Shown here in pieces: positions 18,326-27,589 of a stretch of DNA of 32,000 nt (its first letter is position 1; every line of letters begins with the position of its first letter). Where the stretch lies: positions 1,230,001 to 1,262,000 of the forward strand of contig NZ_CP064923.1 in NCBI RefSeq assembly GCF_018336915.1, in the 5' to 3' direction. Position numbers and translations under genes: made by a program. Origin of the DNA: Acaryochloris marina S15 (lineage in GTDB: Bacteria; Cyanobacteriota; Cyanobacteriia; Thermosynechococcales; Thermosynechococcaceae). The notes under the pieces were generated by a model. It did no database searches, was not told where the DNA came from, and saw nothing but the letters and a program-made list of their open reading frames with translations.

Positions 18326-19075
18326 ATGAACCTAAAATTAGCACTATATTCGGCGATAGCTCCAACCTGCGGTTTGTTTCTAAGTACTGGCTTAATAGGG
18401 TTTCAGTCTTTAGCTGCTGCACAACCTGTTTTTGATGCTGCGTTAGACAATTTTTTGGGTCAACCCCCTGGCACTATCGATGGCCTTGGTAATGGTAATG
18501 CAACTGAAGGTTCAGCAATTAAGCAAACTTTTTCAGCATCAGCAGGGCAATCTGTCACCTTAGATTGGAATTTTTTAACGAATGAGTTTACTCCCAATAC
18601 GCCATTCAATGACTTTGCTTTTGTCTCTGTACGGCCTCTAGGAGGGACGTCAACTTTAGCGGATACGAACTCGCGCTTTCCACTACTCGGAAATAATAAT
18701 CGTTTTAATAGTGAGACGGGGTACAACACCTTCTCTTATCAAATTCCGACCACTGGAACTTACACAATCGGGCTGGGGGTTGTTGACGTGGAAGACAGAA
18801 TTGTTAGTTCTGGTTTATTGGTAGATAACGTCAATGTGGGGACTAATGGTGGCTTCGAAACGGGTGATTTCTCAGGCTGGGAAACCATCGGCAATACGAG
18901 TGTCGTTGATTCCAATTTTGGCATTGACCCCACAGAGGGTAATTCTCAGGCTTATCTCGCAACCGTTCCAGAACCTTCGACTATTTTGGGCTCGATGATG
19001 TTGCTGGGAGCGGGAACTCTACTCAAACGCACTGCTAAATGTAAGTCTGGAAAGGTAAAAGAACGTATTGGATAA
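18326..19075 (+). CDS. PEP-CTERM sorting-domain protein
   Basis: N-terminal signal peptide. The C-terminus has VPEPSTILGSMMLLGAGTLLKR, which is the PEP motif, a TM helix and a basic tail. A GGGGGAGG RBS is present. Confidence 0.85.
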   Translation: MNLKLALYSAIAPTCGLFLSTGLIGFQSLAAAQPVFDAALDNFLGQPPGTIDGLGNGNATEGSAIKQTFSASAGQSVTLDWNFLTNEFTPNTPFNDFAFVSVRPLGGTSTLADTNSRFPLLGNNNRFNSETGYNTFSYQIPTTGTYTIGLGVVDVEDRIVSSGLLVDNVNVGTNGGFETGDFSGWETIGNTSVVDSNFGIDPTEGNSQAYLATVPEPSTILGSMMLLGAGTLLKRTAKCKSGKVKERIG

Positions 19076-19135
19076 TGAGGGTGTGTGCTCACTATTTTCG
19101 TCTTTAGTGTTTCCCTTGACTGAATAAAAAATATC

Positions 19136-19169
19136 GCAAAAAAAAGGGTAGACCCGACTCGATCTACCC
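19136..19169 (-). terminator. rho-independent terminator closing the minus-strand iron cluster
   Basis: GGGTAGA / TCTACCC stem (19146-19152 and 19163-19169). On the minus strand it is followed by a T8 run. Confidence 0.7.
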
Positions 19170-19207
19170 CTGTTCCTACTCAGTGAGAAACTTTTGAATT
19201 CAGTGAA

Positions 19208-19525
19208 TTAGTTAGCGATAAAAGCTGCACCGTTGGGGCCACGAGTGATGATTTGGCCTGAAGGGGTGGTGGCGCTGCGGACGGCAGATTCAGTATTGGC
19301 GATATGGGCCGCACCGTTAGGACCACGGTTGATAACAGATAAGGCGTCATGGGGCTCAGTTTTAGGCTGCTGTTGGGCATCCAAGGGAACTTGCTTGACG
19401 ATGGAAGGAGCGCCATTGGGGCCACGGGTGACGGTTTGGGTTTCTGCAACGGCGTTTGTGCTAATGCCTAGGGTAATAAGGGCGACTGCTGCGATGGTGT
19501 TGCGGGTCATTTGAGTAACGTTCAT
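19208..19525 (-). CDS. small secreted protein with three RGPNGA repeats
   Basis: The start at MNVTQMTRNT has a GGAG RBS. The signal peptide is TIAAVALITLGISTNAVA. Repeats are TRGPNGAPSIV, NRGPNGAAHIAN and TRGPNGAAFIAN. The 213-aa track ORF would overlap the upstream gene. Confidence 0.65.
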   Translation of the reverse strand: MNVTQMTRNTIAAVALITLGISTNAVAETQTVTRGPNGAPSIVKQVPLDAQQQPKTEPHDALSVINRGPNGAAHIANTESAVRSATTPSGQIITRGPNGAAFIAN

Positions 19526-19757
19526 AATCTTTTGCTCCAACTTCAATGTCTTTAATGTACGAGGGCTAGCTGAGGGCAAAGTTAGGGAAATCTGTGGGGA
19601 ATCATCCACTTTGCTGAGCAAGGCAAAAGAGTTCCCTGAGAAAACTGAGAAGCATTCGTTTTGGAGCTTCGATAGATCCCTGTATTGCTTGCTGAGATTA
19701 AAATTGGGGTTATTTAGAGGAGTCGATAAGGTAGGAATTAAGGCTTGATACGTATGC

Positions 19758-20090
19758 CTAAGGGCTTTCTTCCACTGTTGCCCATCCCAACTGGGCGCGG
19801 CTTGTAGCGATGACTTCTCCCAGAATTCGCTTAAAAGCGAGTACGCCATTTGCTGGTTCAGAGAAGTCGATTCTCAGGGGTTGCGTCCGTCCATCTCCAC
19901 TGACTTCGAGCTGAATTCCGGCTGCATCTAGACGAAGTACCTTGGCTTGTGCGGCCCAATCCAGATGGGCTGCTTTGGCGCAGGCTAGTAGATCTTCGCG
20001 ATGGTCTTGGTTTAGATGAGTTGCGATCGCAACTAGTAACTTATCCGTTAGCGGTGCGCCATCTCCTTTGTTTGAATGCTGATTACCCAT
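19758..20090 (-). CDS. DUF2470-domain protein (heme-utilisation-associated fold)
   Basis: The LNQDHREDLL motif and ~110-aa size match DUF2470 as I recall it. The ATG at 20090 is preferred over the GTG at 20126. Confidence 0.6.
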   Translation of the reverse strand: MGNQHSNKGDGAPLTDKLLVAIATHLNQDHREDLLACAKAAHLDWAAQAKVLRLDAAGIQLEVSGDGRTQPLRIDFSEPANGVLAFKRILGEVIATSRAQLGWATVEESP

Positions 20091-20251
20091 CACAAACCAT
20101 CTCCAATACAGCCATTGTGTATCCACTCGTCAATCTCTTTAATTGCTTCATAAGGCTAAGATGTCGCAGACTCCTGCTTTTGGCCGTTCTACCAACGTTG
20201 GTAAGTGGAGGCAATATTTCAATGGAACGAGAGAATATCTGCATTCTCATC

Positions 20252-21517
20252 TCAAGGGTGTTCCATGGCAGCTTTTTCAACGATCTGTGTGGCTAGCCAG
20301 ACACTGACCAAACACAGCATAAAGCCGATCAGAAAAACACCGGTGTAGCCTAATGCAGTCGCGATAAAGCCGCTCAGGGCAGGGATGCCGACGTGGTGCC
20401 CAATAATAAAGACTGACGATTGTAGGGTGTAGTCACTGCCAGCCATATCTCGACGACTTTTGTCCATCATCACCGTGAATAGGGCCGTATTCGCTAGGCT
20501 GCGGGCGAATACTTCACCAGTACTCACGCCATAAAGTATGGCCGGATCGCGAACCCCCATTGCTGGGAGGGTCAGTGCGATTACGGCAATGGCTTGGATC
20601 ACGCCGAATATAATGAGCGATTGCCTTCGACCCAAGGGCTGAATCAGCCCACCCGCAAGCAAAGAACCCATAATCGCAGATCCCGATCCTACGATGCCAG
20701 TCATCCAGCCAATATCGACCATCGATAGCCCCAAATCCACCAACAGAGGACGAAACATAGTTGCCGCCATACTGCTGCCGGTGACGTAAAGCAGAATAAA
20801 TAGCAGCCAGATCAGCATCCCTGATTGCTGAACAAAACTCAGCAATGTATTTAAGTAGTTGGCGATTGCCCGTTTCACCCCTACCGCTTGCCTCACCTCT
20901 CCTACACTGTGGCGCGGCTCTTGGTAGAAGCACAGTGGTACCAGGGCAAGCAGTACGCCCCCTGCCAAAATTCTGACGCTGACCTGCCAGCCTACCTGAT
21001 TCAAAACCAGCAGCATGACACCACCCCCTAAGATCCCCCCAGTTGCTCGACCGGCACTCTGGATACCGTTGCCCCAGCCCCGTTCATAGGGAGCCAGTAA
21101 GCGGATCGCCAATGCATCTGTGGCAATATCCTGAGTAGCGGCGAATGTCACCATTAAAAAAATGCCTTGGAATAACCCCATGGCATTATTAGAAGCATCC
21201 ATGGATGCACAGCCCATCAGTGTTAGGGCAAGCAAAAATTGGGTGACAAAAATCCAAGATTTGTAGTGACCCCATCGGCGAGAGCCGTAGCGATCGACCA
21301 GCGGTGCCCAGAGAAACTTCAGCATCCATGGTAGGGTTAACAGCCCCAATAGCCCAACCACCTGTAAAGATGCACCTTGCTGTCGCAGGAAGATGGGCAA
21401 GGCTTGAAAGAAAAATGCTGACGGCAGGAATTGGGAGGTATAGAGACTGCTGAGAAGGATCCATTTAAAAGCTGGATGCAGACTCTGTTGGGGAGGTGTT
21501 TCTAAGTTAAGCGTCAT
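20252..21517 (-). CDS. MFS transporter, AmpG/RhtX/FptX-like (putative siderophore permease)
   Basis: 421 aa with about 12 TM helices. The motif LPWMLKFLWAPLVDRYGSRRWGHYKSWI is typical of this subfamily. It lies directly downstream of a TonB-dependent receptor. Confidence 0.8.
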   Translation of the reverse strand: MTLNLETPPQQSLHPAFKWILLSSLYTSQFLPSAFFFQALPIFLRQQGASLQVVGLLGLLTLPWMLKFLWAPLVDRYGSRRWGHYKSWIFVTQFLLALTLMGCASMDASNNAMGLFQGIFLMVTFAATQDIATDALAIRLLAPYERGWGNGIQSAGRATGGILGGGVMLLVLNQVGWQVSVRILAGGVLLALVPLCFYQEPRHSVGEVRQAVGVKRAIANYLNTLLSFVQQSGMLIWLLFILLYVTGSSMAATMFRPLLVDLGLSMVDIGWMTGIVGSGSAIMGSLLAGGLIQPLGRRQSLIIFGVIQAIAVIALTLPAMGVRDPAILYGVSTGEVFARSLANTALFTVMMDKSRRDMAGSDYTLQSSVFIIGHHVGIPALSGFIATALGYTGVFLIGFMLCLVSVWLATQIVEKAAMEHP

Positions 21518-21550
21518 GGGTCAGCTCAAAGGAAGAAGGGGCAAGATGGA

Positions 21551-24166
21551 TTAGAATTCATAGCTAATCGATCCAATCACCGTAAAGGGTTCTCCGGGCT
21601 GGATACCACGGGTACGAGTGCGGGGGATGCCAGAGATATAGTTCACATCAAAGATGTTTTGGAAATTGAGGCCAAACCGCCAGTTGTCACGCTGATAAGC
21701 AATCGCTACGCTGGTGAGAAAATAGCTGTCCAGGTTAAAACTGTTTTGGAAATCTCCGGTGCGATCACCGACCCAGTTAAAGCCAATCCCAAATTTCAGT
21801 CCTTCTAGGCTACCGGTCTGAATCTCATAGGTGCTCCAGAGGCTGGCACTATGTTCAGGGACGCCTGGGAGACGGTTACCGACCTCGAACCGATTGTCAG
21901 CAGTGATTTCAGCATCGGTGTAGGTATAGGACCCAAGGACGTTCCAGCCCGATAAAATTTCGCCCGTTAGACTCAACTCAAGACCTTGGCTTTGCTGTTC
22001 ACCCGTCGCAATTGAAAAGCGTGGATCGGTTGGATCTGCGGTGGCCACGTTTTGGCGGGTGAGGTTGAAGTAGGCCAGTGTAGCCAGCAACTTCTGATTC
22101 AACAGTTCTGTTTTAATGCCAACCTCAAACCCTTCCCCTTTTTCGGCCTGAAGGGGATTACCATCCACTGTCACTGCTGCACTAGGGAAAAACGATCGTG
22201 CATAGTTGGCATAGAGGGAGAGGTTCTCGATGGGCTGATAAACTAAGCCCACCCTTGGGCTGAAAGTATCCTCGCTCAGGTCAATCGCAGTGGTTTGGCC
22301 GCCACGAATTGTAGTGGTGTTTTGACTGACCGTTTCATAATTAAGTCCCGCTACAAGAATCAAATTGTCCAGCAGTTTGATTTGGTCTTGGATGTAAATT
22401 TGCAGGCTATCGGTGTCAATCGTTTCGCTGCTGGTGGGAGCCTCAAGACGATCAGGACGGGGGACAGCACCATATACGGGATTGAAGATATTAATCGGTA
22501 CGCGCACATTGGGTGGGAAAAAGAGCGTGAACGATTCCGAATCCAAACGATACCGCGCTAAATCCACCCCCATTAGCAGCGTGTGGTCAATGGACCCCGT
22601 GGTAAATTTGCCAACAACATTGGTTTGTAGCGCTAGGGTCTCATTGGCAACAGTTTGTTCGGCAAAGACGCGACTGAGGAGGCCAGTTGTTTCATCCAAA
22701 CCACCAATAAATGGAAAACTGAGAGTCGCACTAATGTCGTCGTTCGATTCAAGATATCGGAAGGCATTACGTAGGGTCCAGTTTTCGTTAAACCGATGCT
22801 CAAAATCGTATCCTACTCGGATAAACGTGCTCTCGATTCGATCGTTCGGCTCACCCAGAATGCGATCGCGCGGAATATCCGCGACCCGATTACCGAGGGC
22901 TACCAGTCCTGGATCCAAGGGACGTTCATCATCTAGGTACTCTAGCTGAAAGTCAACTTCGGTGCGATCACTAATACGCCAGGTTAGGGTTGGGCCGATA
23001 AAGAAACGATTGGTCTTTTGGGCAAAGTCTCGAAAGCCGTCCTCCCTCTGATAGACGGCATTTAGGCGATAGAGTAGGCTACCATCCTCAGTCAGTGGAC
23101 CGGAGAGATCCACCTGTGGTCGCACTAATCCATAGCTACCCGCCTGTAGCGCGACCTTATAAAACGGAGTCTCGAGGGGGCGTTTAGACACTACATTGAC
23201 GGCCCCGCCCGGATCTAGCTGGCCAAACAGGATAGAGGCTGGCCCGCGCAGCACCTCAATACGTTCAACATTGGCGATTTCAGGGAAGCCTTGCCCCGCT
23301 GCATCACCGTTGTCATTGGGACTGAAAAGACGGAATCCATCTCGAAATACTGGAACACCGTCAAATCCACGCAGATTAATCTGAAACCCTCTACCTTCTG
23401 TTGTACTGACTGTGGCTCCAGCGACATTCTGTAAGGCATCATCCAATTCAGTGACTTGCTGATCTTCCAGGACCTGCTTAGGAATCACCTGAATCGAAGA
23501 GGGTGTATCCAGAATGGGGGTATCAGTTCGGGTTGCGGTACTAGCCTCGGGAATAAAATAGTCTGTATTAGTTCGCTCGCCCGTGACGACAACCTCTGTC
23601 AAGTCTGCTTCTGGTACTTGTACGGTCGGATCACTTGGGGGTGCACTCACCGTCAATGCCGCAGGACCAGCGTTGATTTCTAATGCAGGTGGCGTATCTG
23701 TTCCCGTGATAGTGATGCGCACTTGATTATCAGGGAGATTGGTGACGTTTACTGAAGTGATGCCTGGGGCAGGAGCATTGGCCACAAAAGTCTCTCCATC
23801 TGGCAATTTTAAGGTCGCGTTGGCGATATTAACCCTCACAATATTCCCCGATACCGAGGTTGTAGGGGTTGCCAATTGACTCGTCGTTGCCAGCTGTAAT
23901 CTAAAGCCGTCAGCAGTGTCTTCAACTTGAACAATAGTGATTTCAACTAAATCAGCCTGTTTAATTTGCGCTAACCACTCATCGACCGTTGTTGCAGGGA
24001 TATTCATGTCAGTGGACTTCAGCATCTCCTCAATGGGTATCGCCTCCTCTAGTTTTTTCTTTGGCTGGGCCAGCCCTTCCGCGATTGCCTCCTGACTCAT
24101 TAATAGCCATGAGCCAATCGTTACTTCTAGCAGTAAACTGCCCCATGTATCCCATTTCACAGTCAT
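21551..24166 (-). CDS. TonB-dependent siderophore receptor with an N-terminal AMIN domain
   Basis: 871 aa. It has an AMIN-like region, a plug domain (IQVIPKQVLEDQQ, IEVLRGPASILFG), a beta-barrel and a terminal aromatic residue (SISYEF). Confidence 0.92.
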   Translation of the reverse strand: MTVKWDTWGSLLLEVTIGSWLLMSQEAIAEGLAQPKKKLEEAIPIEEMLKSTDMNIPATTVDEWLAQIKQADLVEITIVQVEDTADGFRLQLATTSQLATPTTSVSGNIVRVNIANATLKLPDGETFVANAPAPGITSVNVTNLPDNQVRITITGTDTPPALEINAGPAALTVSAPPSDPTVQVPEADLTEVVVTGERTNTDYFIPEASTATRTDTPILDTPSSIQVIPKQVLEDQQVTELDDALQNVAGATVSTTEGRGFQINLRGFDGVPVFRDGFRLFSPNDNGDAAGQGFPEIANVERIEVLRGPASILFGQLDPGGAVNVVSKRPLETPFYKVALQAGSYGLVRPQVDLSGPLTEDGSLLYRLNAVYQREDGFRDFAQKTNRFFIGPTLTWRISDRTEVDFQLEYLDDERPLDPGLVALGNRVADIPRDRILGEPNDRIESTFIRVGYDFEHRFNENWTLRNAFRYLESNDDISATLSFPFIGGLDETTGLLSRVFAEQTVANETLALQTNVVGKFTTGSIDHTLLMGVDLARYRLDSESFTLFFPPNVRVPINIFNPVYGAVPRPDRLEAPTSSETIDTDSLQIYIQDQIKLLDNLILVAGLNYETVSQNTTTIRGGQTTAIDLSEDTFSPRVGLVYQPIENLSLYANYARSFFPSAAVTVDGNPLQAEKGEGFEVGIKTELLNQKLLATLAYFNLTRQNVATADPTDPRFSIATGEQQSQGLELSLTGEILSGWNVLGSYTYTDAEITADNRFEVGNRLPGVPEHSASLWSTYEIQTGSLEGLKFGIGFNWVGDRTGDFQNSFNLDSYFLTSVAIAYQRDNWRFGLNFQNIFDVNYISGIPRTRTRGIQPGEPFTVIGSISYEF

Positions 24167-24319
24167 ATCTACTCTCCCGACATCAAACGGGAATACTTCT
24201 CATTAATGTATGTAGATTGATAGTACCGAGTCTGTCTTATTCTTTTCTTTGCCAGCGGGACTTTTTTTCTGTCTCAGGCGGACTTTTTAGGTGGTATGTT
24301 GGCGTGCAAGAATGGATCT

Positions 24320-25333
24320 TCAACCACTTCCCATTTGATAAGCCTTGGGACTAATGGCAAAGGTGCGGCGAAAAGAGACGCTGAAGGCTTCGGGACTGCG
24401 GTAGCCAACCGCTTGGGCAACACCAGCAATGGTGGCACCTGGCATGAGCAATAATTGTTGGGCTTGCTCCATGCGATGCTTGTGCAAATAGCTGAATACC
24501 GTCGTGCCAAAAACTTGCCTAAATCCCTGCTTGAGTTTGCGATCATTGAGGCCAACACGATGAGCTAGCTCTAGCAATGTGGGTGGGTTGTCGATTTGGC
24601 TCAGTATGATATCCCGCGCATAGTGAATACGATCGACTTCATCGCCACTGAGCCCGGCCCCTTGGTGTTGTGAGCGATCGTTAGACAACAGTTGGTCAAA
24701 GTAAAGACCTATCAATTCCAAGGTTTTACTCTCAATGTAAAGCCGCTGTGATAATCCTTGGTAGGGGCATTGCAGCAATTGGCGCACGGTAGCAGTCATC
24801 AGGGGAGTCATAGAGGCAGACTGGAAATAAGATGGGCGATCGCGTCCAGAGATTGCCTCCTGCAGTGGCTGGGGTAGTTGATCAATGGAATCCTGGTTCG
24901 ATAAGCCGATCGTTTCTGGTTGAACATGGCAATGTACCAATGAAATACGTTGTTTCTCGGCATATTCAACTCGCCGCTTACCCCCATTGATTACTCCCAA
25001 ACTGACCTGCCCAGCTTCAAATTGAAGTGCCTGTTCGGCATTGAGCCCCATGCCTCGAATTTGACCTGCCAGACAAAAACTCAATCCTAGCTGTGTCTCT
25101 TTGTTGGAGGTATCCCGTTCAATGACGATCTTTTCTCGTATCCCTATTTCGTGAATCACTAACTCCAACCCTGGGCGCAGTCGCCATTTCTGAATCGAAC
25201 CACTACAAGCTGGGCTGGGAAGTTGGATAATCTCAGCTTGGTTGGTTGTTGGCATTAGAGATACTGTCGCTAACTTGGGTTGCAAACCTTCAATCAGTTT
25301 GGCTTGAGCCAGAGTCGAATGCTGCGATTTCAT
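24320..25333 (-). CDS. AraC family transcriptional regulator (PchR-like)
   Basis: The C-terminus has the double HTH of AraC/XylS (LAHRVGLNDRKLKQGFRQVFGTTVFSYL...IAGVAQAVGYRSPEAFSVSFRR). Its position upstream of the receptor matches cyanobacterial pchR-type genes. Confidence 0.88.
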   Translation of the reverse strand: MKSQHSTLAQAKLIEGLQPKLATVSLMPTTNQAEIIQLPSPACSGSIQKWRLRPGLELVIHEIGIREKIVIERDTSNKETQLGLSFCLAGQIRGMGLNAEQALQFEAGQVSLGVINGGKRRVEYAEKQRISLVHCHVQPETIGLSNQDSIDQLPQPLQEAISGRDRPSYFQSASMTPLMTATVRQLLQCPYQGLSQRLYIESKTLELIGLYFDQLLSNDRSQHQGAGLSGDEVDRIHYARDIILSQIDNPPTLLELAHRVGLNDRKLKQGFRQVFGTTVFSYLHKHRMEQAQQLLLMPGATIAGVAQAVGYRSPEAFSVSFRRTFAISPKAYQMGSG

Positions 25334-25660
25334 AGAAGCACAACGAGCATCTTAGCTTCACCTTATTGATATTAATTCCTAATTTAATTCTATTTTCTTT
25401 CGGAGTGAAATACTTCTGCTTTAGCTTTTCTTTTCTTGATCAGTTCTCCAACTGGTTGTGGCGGTATTAGAGTGCGACTGGAAATCTGTTCAGTGCTAAA
25501 GCCAAAAACTTACTGGGAGTATCTTGCTAAAAAGGATTGGCTCGCCAAAATGACTACTCGAAACCTGAATAACCTGTGAGAATCAATTGGATTGATTTAG
25601 TTTTTATCTCTCCCATAATCCGAGTAAGCTACGGATACAGAAGTCCATAGATGACATCGA

Positions 25661-26395
25661 ATGCTTTGGGAACAACTCACGGCCAATCCACTGCTTCAGG
25701 ATAGTGTCGTTATGGTGATTACCTTGCTGCTAGCTCTGAGCTGGTTGCGGATCATGGATGCCCTCGCCGCCAATGGAGTATTGGAGCAAAAACTCAGCCG
25801 CAAGATCATTCATATGGGCACAGGTCCATTGTTTGTATTGTGCTGGCCCTTTTTTAGTCCCCAGCCGACCGCTCGCTACTTTGCTGCCCTAGTCCCCTTA
25901 GCCATTACCCTCCAATTTATTGCCATTGGCGTGGGCTGGATTCAAGATCCTGATGCCGTCCAAGCCATGACTCGAACAGGCAATCCCAAAGAAATTCTCA
26001 AAGGCCCCCTGTTTTATGGTCTGGTATTTGTCGCTTGCACCATTGGGTTTTGGCGCACCTCCCCCGTAGGGATGCTGGCCTTAATGATGATGTGTGGTGG
26101 AGACGGCTTGGCGGATATTGTGGGCCGACGGTTGGGGGTTCACAAGCTGCCCTTTAGTCCCGAGAAAAGCTGGGCTGGGTCTGCCGCCATGTTTGCAGGG
26201 AGCTTTCTGTTTGCCTTTAGTTTTTTGAGTTTGTTTAATCGCTTGAACTATTTCCAGCCCCCATTGGCTGGCACAGTCGGTATTGTGGCGGCGATTGCCC
26301 TAATCGCCACCCTCGTTGAGGCTTTACCTTTTCGAGATATCGATAACCTCACCTTGACCGGTGTTGCTGTAGTCTTGGGCCTCTGGTGGTTCTAA
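25661..26395 (+). CDS. phytol kinase (VTE5-like, CTP-dependent polyprenol kinase family)
   Basis: Motifs RKIIHMGTGPLFVLCWPFF, ELLKGPLFY-like KEILKGPLFYG, GGDGLADIVGRRLG..KLP and KSWAGS closely follow plant and cyanobacterial VTE5 as I recall it. Confidence 0.75.
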   Translation: MLWEQLTANPLLQDSVVMVITLLLALSWLRIMDALAANGVLEQKLSRKIIHMGTGPLFVLCWPFFSPQPTARYFAALVPLAITLQFIAIGVGWIQDPDAVQAMTRTGNPKEILKGPLFYGLVFVACTIGFWRTSPVGMLALMMMCGGDGLADIVGRRLGVHKLPFSPEKSWAGSAAMFAGSFLFAFSFLSLFNRLNYFQPPLAGTVGIVAAIALIATLVEALPFRDIDNLTLTGVAVVLGLWWF

Positions 26396-27489
26396 TGGGC
26401 TAAGGCCAGACGTTCTGTAGATGGAGAAGAGGATGTAAACCGCTGCCAACTAAAATTCGTCAGGCAAGGATCTGCTTGTCCCGTCATAATTAGGTCCGTA
26501 ATTAGGCGGGCAGTCACGGGCGTCAGCAAAATGCCATTCCGGTAATGTCCCGTCGCCAAAATCAGATTGTCGTAAGGACTATGGCCCAATATGGGCGATT
26601 CATCTGGGGTTGCGGGTCGAAAGCCCCACCAACAAGCTTCTAGGGGATGGTCGGCTAAGGGGGGATAGAGACGAATCGTCTTCTCTAGGAGTGACTGGAT
26701 TCCACCGGGGGTATTGTAAGCGGCAAAACCGACATCTTCACTGGTGGCACCGACGACAATGCGGCCATTTTGACGGGGAACAATATAAGTCCCTGGCCCA
26801 AACAAAACTTTGTTTAAGGTTTGCTTGGGAGTCTGTACTGCAAATAGCTGGCCTTTGCGGGGGGTAACGGGGATGGGCAATAGCTCCTGAGACCAAGATC
26901 CGGTTGCCAAGACATAGGTTTGAGCTTGCCAGGATCCGGCTGTGGTTTGAACCTGCTGGATTTGCTGGTCTTTGGTCTCAAACCCTGTAACGCCAACCCC
27001 TTCTTCTAAGGTGACCCCAAGCTGGCGAGCCGATTGTAGTAATACCTGGGCCAGTTGCTGGTTATTGACTTGGGCATCTTGGGGAAACCACCAACCGCCC
27101 ACGATGTCTGGGCTGAGGTCGGGCTGATGCTGGTGTATCGTGGTGCGATCGCACCATTCCACATCACCCGTATATCGAGGTGGCGAATCCGCAAAGGTAG
27201 GAGCTAAAATCCCACAGGGCCAGTATCCCGCCTCTAGTCCGGTGAGTTCCGTCAGTTGGCGGGTCCAGTCTGGATAGAGGTCACGACTGCGTATACACAA
27301 ATCCAGCATGGGACCCGGTTCCAATCCCTCTGCTTGGGGAGCCAGCATTCCCGCCGCCGCATGGAGAGCAGCTTCCTGGAAATTGCGGCTGAGGATCGTG
27401 ACTTTAGCCCCTTGTTGCGTGAGGGCAATGGCAGTGGCTAAACCCATCGCGCCACCGCCAATCACTAAGACATCAGAACTAGAATTCAT
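26392..27489 (-). CDS. thiO: glycine oxidase ThiO (FAD-dependent)
   Basis: N-terminal dinucleotide fold VLVIGGGAMGLATA. The AAAGMLAPQAE motif and the GHYRNGILL C-terminal motif are also present. Confidence 0.75.
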   Translation of the reverse strand: MNSSSDVLVIGGGAMGLATAIALTQQGAKVTILSRNFQEAALHAAAGMLAPQAEGLEPGPMLDLCIRSRDLYPDWTRQLTELTGLEAGYWPCGILAPTFADSPPRYTGDVEWCDRTTIHQHQPDLSPDIVGGWWFPQDAQVNNQQLAQVLLQSARQLGVTLEEGVGVTGFETKDQQIQQVQTTAGSWQAQTYVLATGSWSQELLPIPVTPRKGQLFAVQTPKQTLNKVLFGPGTYIVPRQNGRIVVGATSEDVGFAAYNTPGGIQSLLEKTIRLYPPLADHPLEACWWGFRPATPDESPILGHSPYDNLILATGHYRNGILLTPVTARLITDLIMTGQADPCLTNFSWQRFTSSSPSTERLALAH

Positions 27490-27589
27490 TTATTTCTGAG
27501 GTGGGGGGTGAGAAGATATTCTAGCCGTCTGACTAGACACCAATAGACAACTAAACTTCCCCCAAATCCTATTCTAATCCGCGTTTGGC

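Noticed and set aside
19229-19440. Three spaced DNA repeats (GC(A/G)CC(G/A)TT(G/A)GG(G/A)CCACG) considered as a repeat array or CRISPR-like feature
   Set aside because: They are the coding-level reflection of the RGPNGA peptide repeats. Spacing is irregular and they lie in frame within a CDS.
19526-19849. N-terminal 107-aa extension of the RGPNGA protein ORF (213-aa version)
   Set aside because: It would overlap the DUF2470 gene by 92 nt. An internal ATG with a GGAG RBS is followed at once by a signal peptide, which gives a coherent shorter gene.
22413-22949. 178-aa plus-strand ORF inside the TonB-dependent receptor, plus several 60-90 aa neighbours
   Set aside because: Shadow ORFs antisense to a strongly supported 871-aa gene, with Arg/Ser-rich nonsense composition.
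26392-26395. 4-bp overlap of the convergent phytol kinase and thiO stop regions
   Set aside because: This is simply tight convergent packing, and no structure or signal beyond the overlap was seen.
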